Source: Macrostomum lignano
Taxonomy: Eukaryota
Length of the DNA stretch: 64,000 nt
Assembly (NCBI GenBank): GCA_002269645.1
Contig: NIVC01000920.1
Coordinates: forward strand, 124,001-188,000
Reading direction: 5' to 3'
Shown: one piece after another, positions 59,284 through 64,000 of the stretch
How positions within the stretch are numbered: the first letter of the stretch is position 1
Layout: each line of letters starts with the position of its first letter
The notes under the pieces: generated by a model
Database searches by the model: none
Told to the model about the DNA's origin: nothing
What the model saw: only the letters and a program-made list of their open reading frames with translations
Position numbers and translations under genes: made by a program

Positions 59284-62200
59284 ATGACAACCAGCGGAAG
59301 CAAAAATATTGGCTGTGCAAAGCCGTTTTTACAACGTCAACAGTCGCAGCACCATCAGGCGGATGATGGGCGTCAACAAAGACCTCAGAGACGCTGCATT
59401 TCTGCCTACAGATTGTTGTCGATTGATCTGTACGACATTGAGCAGCGGATGAGCGCTGGCCACGGCGATCACGGCAGTGGCTACGACAGAGACCAACTGG
59501 TGCTGCTGGCTCGGCGATTTGCAGCTGGTTGCAGCGACGATGAGGACGGCGACGGGATGTCCGATGGTGAGCAATGCATGCAGTGTGGTGTGAGCGCGGG
59601 ATGTCCGATGGCATGGAAGGGGGAATGTGGAGGGGAATCCGAGGGAATGTGCAACGGTGAGCTATATAGGATCTGAGACCCAAATGATAAAGACTCAAAT
59701 GGGAACTTTTTTAGAAGAATCAATTTGCAGAAATAATTGGTCGATGCGATGTCCGCTATGGCGAGTCAAACAAACTGGGGGCTTTCAGAACAATAGCAGA
59801 TCAAGCAGTTGAGGTTGGTAGAGTTGCCATATAAAAAAATTGACATGATGGGCCAATGTGTCAAGCTGTCAGGCATGCAATGACGAGTGCCGCAGATAGG
59901 CATCAACCTGACAGAGCAGAATACCTCGACTGTTTGACGGTTGACGATTCATTTTAATTGACCTATTGTTGGAAGCTTAGATATTTATGACGGGAAAACG
60001 TTAGATTTTACTCTGCATTAGAATATACAATAGGATATACAATTAGGATATGCATTGGAATAAACACTGGGATTTTCAATTAGGATATACTTCAGTACAT
60101 TATAATATAAATTAGGATATACATTAGGATATACATCAGAAAATACTCAAATAGGGAGACGCATACGACTCCGCCATGAAAGTTTGTTTGTTAAACATCT
60201 CAACGTGATCACATCACTTAGGATTTCGAACGTTTGCCAAATCCCAGTGACACAGTGGACACACCCTAGCCTGTTAATCGCATGCTGCATGTCCACTGTC
60301 ACCAGAAGTTTTCCCAGAGCGCACAACCACAACTGCATACCCGTACAGCAATCCGATGTCAATGACGGATATGTATTTTTACATTGCACCGACGTTCAGT
60401 CGACGTACGACGTCATTATCTGTCGATGTACTGCAAAAGCACAAATTTGTCATCGAAGTCAATAGAGGTCCGGAACGTCGGCCAGATGTCGCCGACGTCG
60501 GATAGTAATAGCTGTATAGCTATAATTAATACTCTCGCTTCAGGCGTCCAGGACATCGATCTCGGCAGGTCGGCAGACCTTCGCAACGCAACAGCCGGCT
60601 GGCTGCCCCGCTCCCAGTCCATGCTCTCTCGACCGCAGCTGCGGCCGCGACAATCCTCCACCATGCTGCTGCTCCCGAAATCAGGCGCGCCAGCTTCAAC
60701 AACGGGGCCAACAGCCGAGGCCGACAATCTCAACCGGATTCGCTACCTAACAGCTTGTGCTCAGTTTGGCGCGAAGCCGTCTCAGAAATTCGTCAACTGC
60801 CTGGTTAAACAGTCGGCCATTGTGGAGCTGCGCGGCCTGCACCTGGGCCATAGTGGAGCCGCCGCTTGCGCCGCCGCGCTCAAGGTGAGAAGTTCCTGGA
60901 AGGAGTGAGTGCTCTCGCTTTATAGCGAGCTCAGCCATGACCCAGTATAGCAGATCAAGGGACTGGGCTTCTCTGAGGCCTCATCTGGCATTGATCTCAT
61001 ATTATATCATGGCCACAGAGTCTGGTCAAAATTCATCAAAGCAACTTCGCACGGATCTGCAGTGGACCTTCAGTTGGTTGACTGCAGCACAGCAGACGTT
61101 GGAATCAGCAACAGAAGCCGGTGTTCATCAATCAAATTGTCTCGGTTAAAACAGAAATCATTGCATGCCATACATACGAGAATCATGTAACGATTTGATA
61201 AGCACGCCTACTTGAGGGCCTACTTGAGGACGAGAGAAGTCAGGGCAGAGCTTGAAGTGTTGCTTGGCCTAAGACTGACACACTGGGGGGGAGTAGCCTC
61301 TTATGAATATGTACCATGGTATGCCCATGTTTCATTTCAGAGCCAGAAAGTACATTTATTTGGCATTAGCAATTCCTGTTCCAATTTTACTTTCAGTCAA
61401 TAACAAAAATTTCAAATACAATGGCGGGTTCTAATCGGCTTCGCGTGTGCCAGTCTGAGGTTTCTGAGATGTCAACTTCGCATTTAAGCACGAATTTAAT
61501 CACCTGGCTTGGAACTGTGTCTATCAGTTCACACCTGTCTCATTGTACAGCGCACTGAATGGATTAGTCAGTGCTTCTCTCTGCCAGCTTTCCACGATAT
61601 AGTATTCAGTTTGTAGAGAATTAAAAGTCACGGGAAAAATTTCTATTGAATTGGAAAATCTCAGAATCTAATATTGCTTGAACTTTTATAATTAAACTTT
61701 TAATTCGTGACGGACAGTAGGGATTGGGTTTTTCTGCCCGGTAACACAGGATAAAAATCGTGATTCCAGAACAATGCGCATCTTCGCTCGCTAATCCTCG
61801 AGGACAATGAGCTGCGCTGCCTCGGCTGCCAGCAGCTGCTGCCCATCGTTATGGACAATCCATTCCTCACTGAGCTGGTGAGTCAGTCACGCTGACGCTG
61901 GAGTCTTGCCCACCATCCTGAATGTACATACTGCCCTCAATGTACACACTGCTCTCAATGTACACACTGCCCTCAATGTACACACTGCCCTCAATATACA
62001 CACTGCCCTCAATGTACACACTGCTCTCAATGTACACACTGCCCTCAATGTACTCACTGCCCTCAATGTACACACTGCCCTCAATGTACACACTGCCCTC
62101 AATGTACACACTGCCCTCAATGTACACACTGCCCTCAATGTACACACTGCCCTCAATGTACACACTGCCCTCAATGTACACACTGCCCTCAATGTACACA

Positions 62201-63218
62201 CTGCTCTCAATGTACACACTGCCCTCAATGTAAGCAGTGTCCTCAATGTATACACCACCCCAAATATACACCGAAGCCACTCTCACACCACCCCAAATAT
62301 ACACTGCAGCCACTCTCACACCACCCCAAATATACACTAAGCCACTCTCACACCACCCCAAATATACACTGCAGCCACTCTCACACCACCCCAAATATAC
62401 ACTGAAGCCACTCTCACACCACCCCAAATATACACTGCAGCCACTCTCACACCACCCCAAATATACACTGCAGCCACTCTCACACCACCCCAAATATACA
62501 CTGAAGCCACTCTCACACCACCCAAAATATACACTGAAGCCACTCTCACACCACCCCAAATATACACTGAAGCCACTCTCACACCACCCAAAATATACAC
62601 TGAAGCCACTCTCACACCATCCCTAAATGAAGCAAAGCACTCCGAGCACAAATCAATCAACACCGAAAGTAAATCCATTTCGTTAAGATTTGACTCTGCC
62701 ACTCTTCAACCAACAGAGACTGATCAATAACGCCATCAACTTGAGAGGCCTGACCCAACTCACCGATGCTTTGATTAAAACTGGTAGCCTGAAAATTCTC
62801 GACCTCTCAGGTAAGTCTGAAAAGAACTGAAAGGGAAGGCATGCTTGAAGAGCCTTTCTTTTGTCTTGCACTTTGGCAAATAAAAGCCCGTTGAAAGAAG
62901 AGCCTATTTGAACTTCTCACCTCAGCTGCAATGCGTCGTTTTGTTTTAGGAAACCGATTCGAGGAGAAGTGCGGACTGCAGCTGCGAAGACTGCTTGAGG
63001 TAGAGGAGAAACTTTTTTTTAATTTAAGAAAAGTACTGGAGTAACAAATTTTGAGGGTCAAGCCTGCTCACACTGACACTGAGCTCAAAAGTATTTTAAT
63101 TACAGAGTGAAATGCCATATTTACCGTATTTTGCAGGAAAACCGGTCCATCGAGGAGCTGCACGTGGGGCATAACAACTTTAGAGAGAAAGGTACCATCG
63201 CGATCGCGTACGGATTAG
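59284..63218 (+). CDS. LRRC74: LRRC74-like RNI-type leucine-rich-repeat protein, 5' part (continues past the window)
   Basis: Phase-compatible exons 59284(or 59412)-59566, 60544-60884, 61770-61877, 62717-62810, 62950-62999 and 63137-63218 give YLTACAQFGAKPSQKF...LRGLHLGHSGAAACAAALKNNAHLRSLILEDN...LKILDLSGNRF...LHVGHNNF, the LRRC74 pattern. The start codon is uncertain. Confidence 0.85.
61920..62620. repeat. Adjacent 18-bp (AATGTACACACTGCCCTC) and 33-bp (CACTCTCACACCACCCCAAATATACACTGAAGC) minisatellites in one intron
   Basis: 18-bp array 61920-62232; 33-bp array ~62250-62620. Confidence 0.96.
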
Positions 63219-63359
63219 GTGAGACAGAAGATTAACTGACAATATGACTGACTGACTAACAGATTGATTAGCAGAAATGCAGGAAGACAGGTACACTACG
63301 ACATACTCGTATTTAATCGGATAAATCTTTAAGCGACACATCGACAAACACTAATACAG

Positions 63360-64000
63360 GAACCAGGTCAGGCATCAAGTCAGACACCGAGTAAGACATC
63401 AAGTCAGACACCAAGTCAGGCACCAAATCAGGCTTCAAGTCAGACACCGAGTCAGACACCAAGTCAGGCACCAAGTCAGGCACCAAGTCAGACACCAAGT
63501 CAGACACCAAGTCAGACACCAAGTCAGACACCAAGTCAGACACCAAGTCAGACATCAAGTCAGACACCAGGTCAGACACCAAGTCAGACACCAAGTCAGA
63601 CACCAAGTCAGACACCAAGTCAGACACCAAGTCAGACACCAAGTCAGACACCAAGTCAGACACCAGCTCAAGCATCAAGTCAGACACCAAGTCAGACACC
63701 AAGTCAGACACCAAGTCAGACACCAAGTCAGACACCAAGTCAGACACCAAGTCAGACATCAAGTCAGTCACCAGGTCAGACACCAAGTCAGACACCAAGT
63801 CAGACACCAAGTCAGACACCAAGTCAGACACCAAGTCAGACACCAAGTCAGACACCAAGTCAGACACCAAGTCAGACACCAAGTCAGACATCAAGTCAGA
63901 CACCAGGTCAGACACCAAGTCAGACACCAAGTCAGACACCAAGTCAGACACCAAGTCAGACACCAAGTCAGGCACCAAGTCAGACACCAGATCAAGCATC
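63360..64000. repeat. 12-bp minisatellite (CAAGTCAGACAC)n, runs to the window end
   Basis: Tandem units read directly. Confidence 0.97.

Noticed and set aside
63313-63999. 228-aa (DLVS)n ORF
   Set aside because: 12-bp minisatellite within an LRRC74-like intron.
1-64000. Prokaryotic origin or contamination of the window
   Set aside because: Multiple GT-AG spliced metazoan genes, SINEs and satellites flank the bacterial-looking microprotein genes.

Overview
Eukaryotic, intron-containing invertebrate genomic DNA. GC-rich exons, a different minisatellite in most large introns and a TTAGGG tract suggest a free-living flatworm such as Macrostomum, but this is an inference and is not verified. Supported genes: the 3' part of a DAPK1 orthologue (ROC-COR-death domain, with two 1-bp homopolymer frameshifts); a 7-exon turtle/IGSF9-like receptor (5 Ig, 2 FnIII, TM) with a probable GC-AG intron; a 78-aa single-LIM protein; a tandem pair of intronless ~70-80-aa zinc-ribbon genes whose motif looks bacterial (best novelty candidate); a complete 4-exon APEH; an intronless orphan ORF with a 66-bp coding repeat; and the 5' part of an LRRC74-like gene. 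The rest is repeat-dense: two tRNA-derived SINE families, a Gypsy fragment with one LTR, a decayed mariner, hAT MITEs with 8-bp TSDs, Helitron-like elements, a Phantom/MULE element with a 9-bp TSD plus two related foldbacks, a 178-bp satellite, about 20 minisatellites, and a ~12-kb AT-rich, CpG-eroded domain. Most long low-complexity ORFs in the track are tandem-repeat artefacts. All family assignments come from motif recognition; no database search was run.
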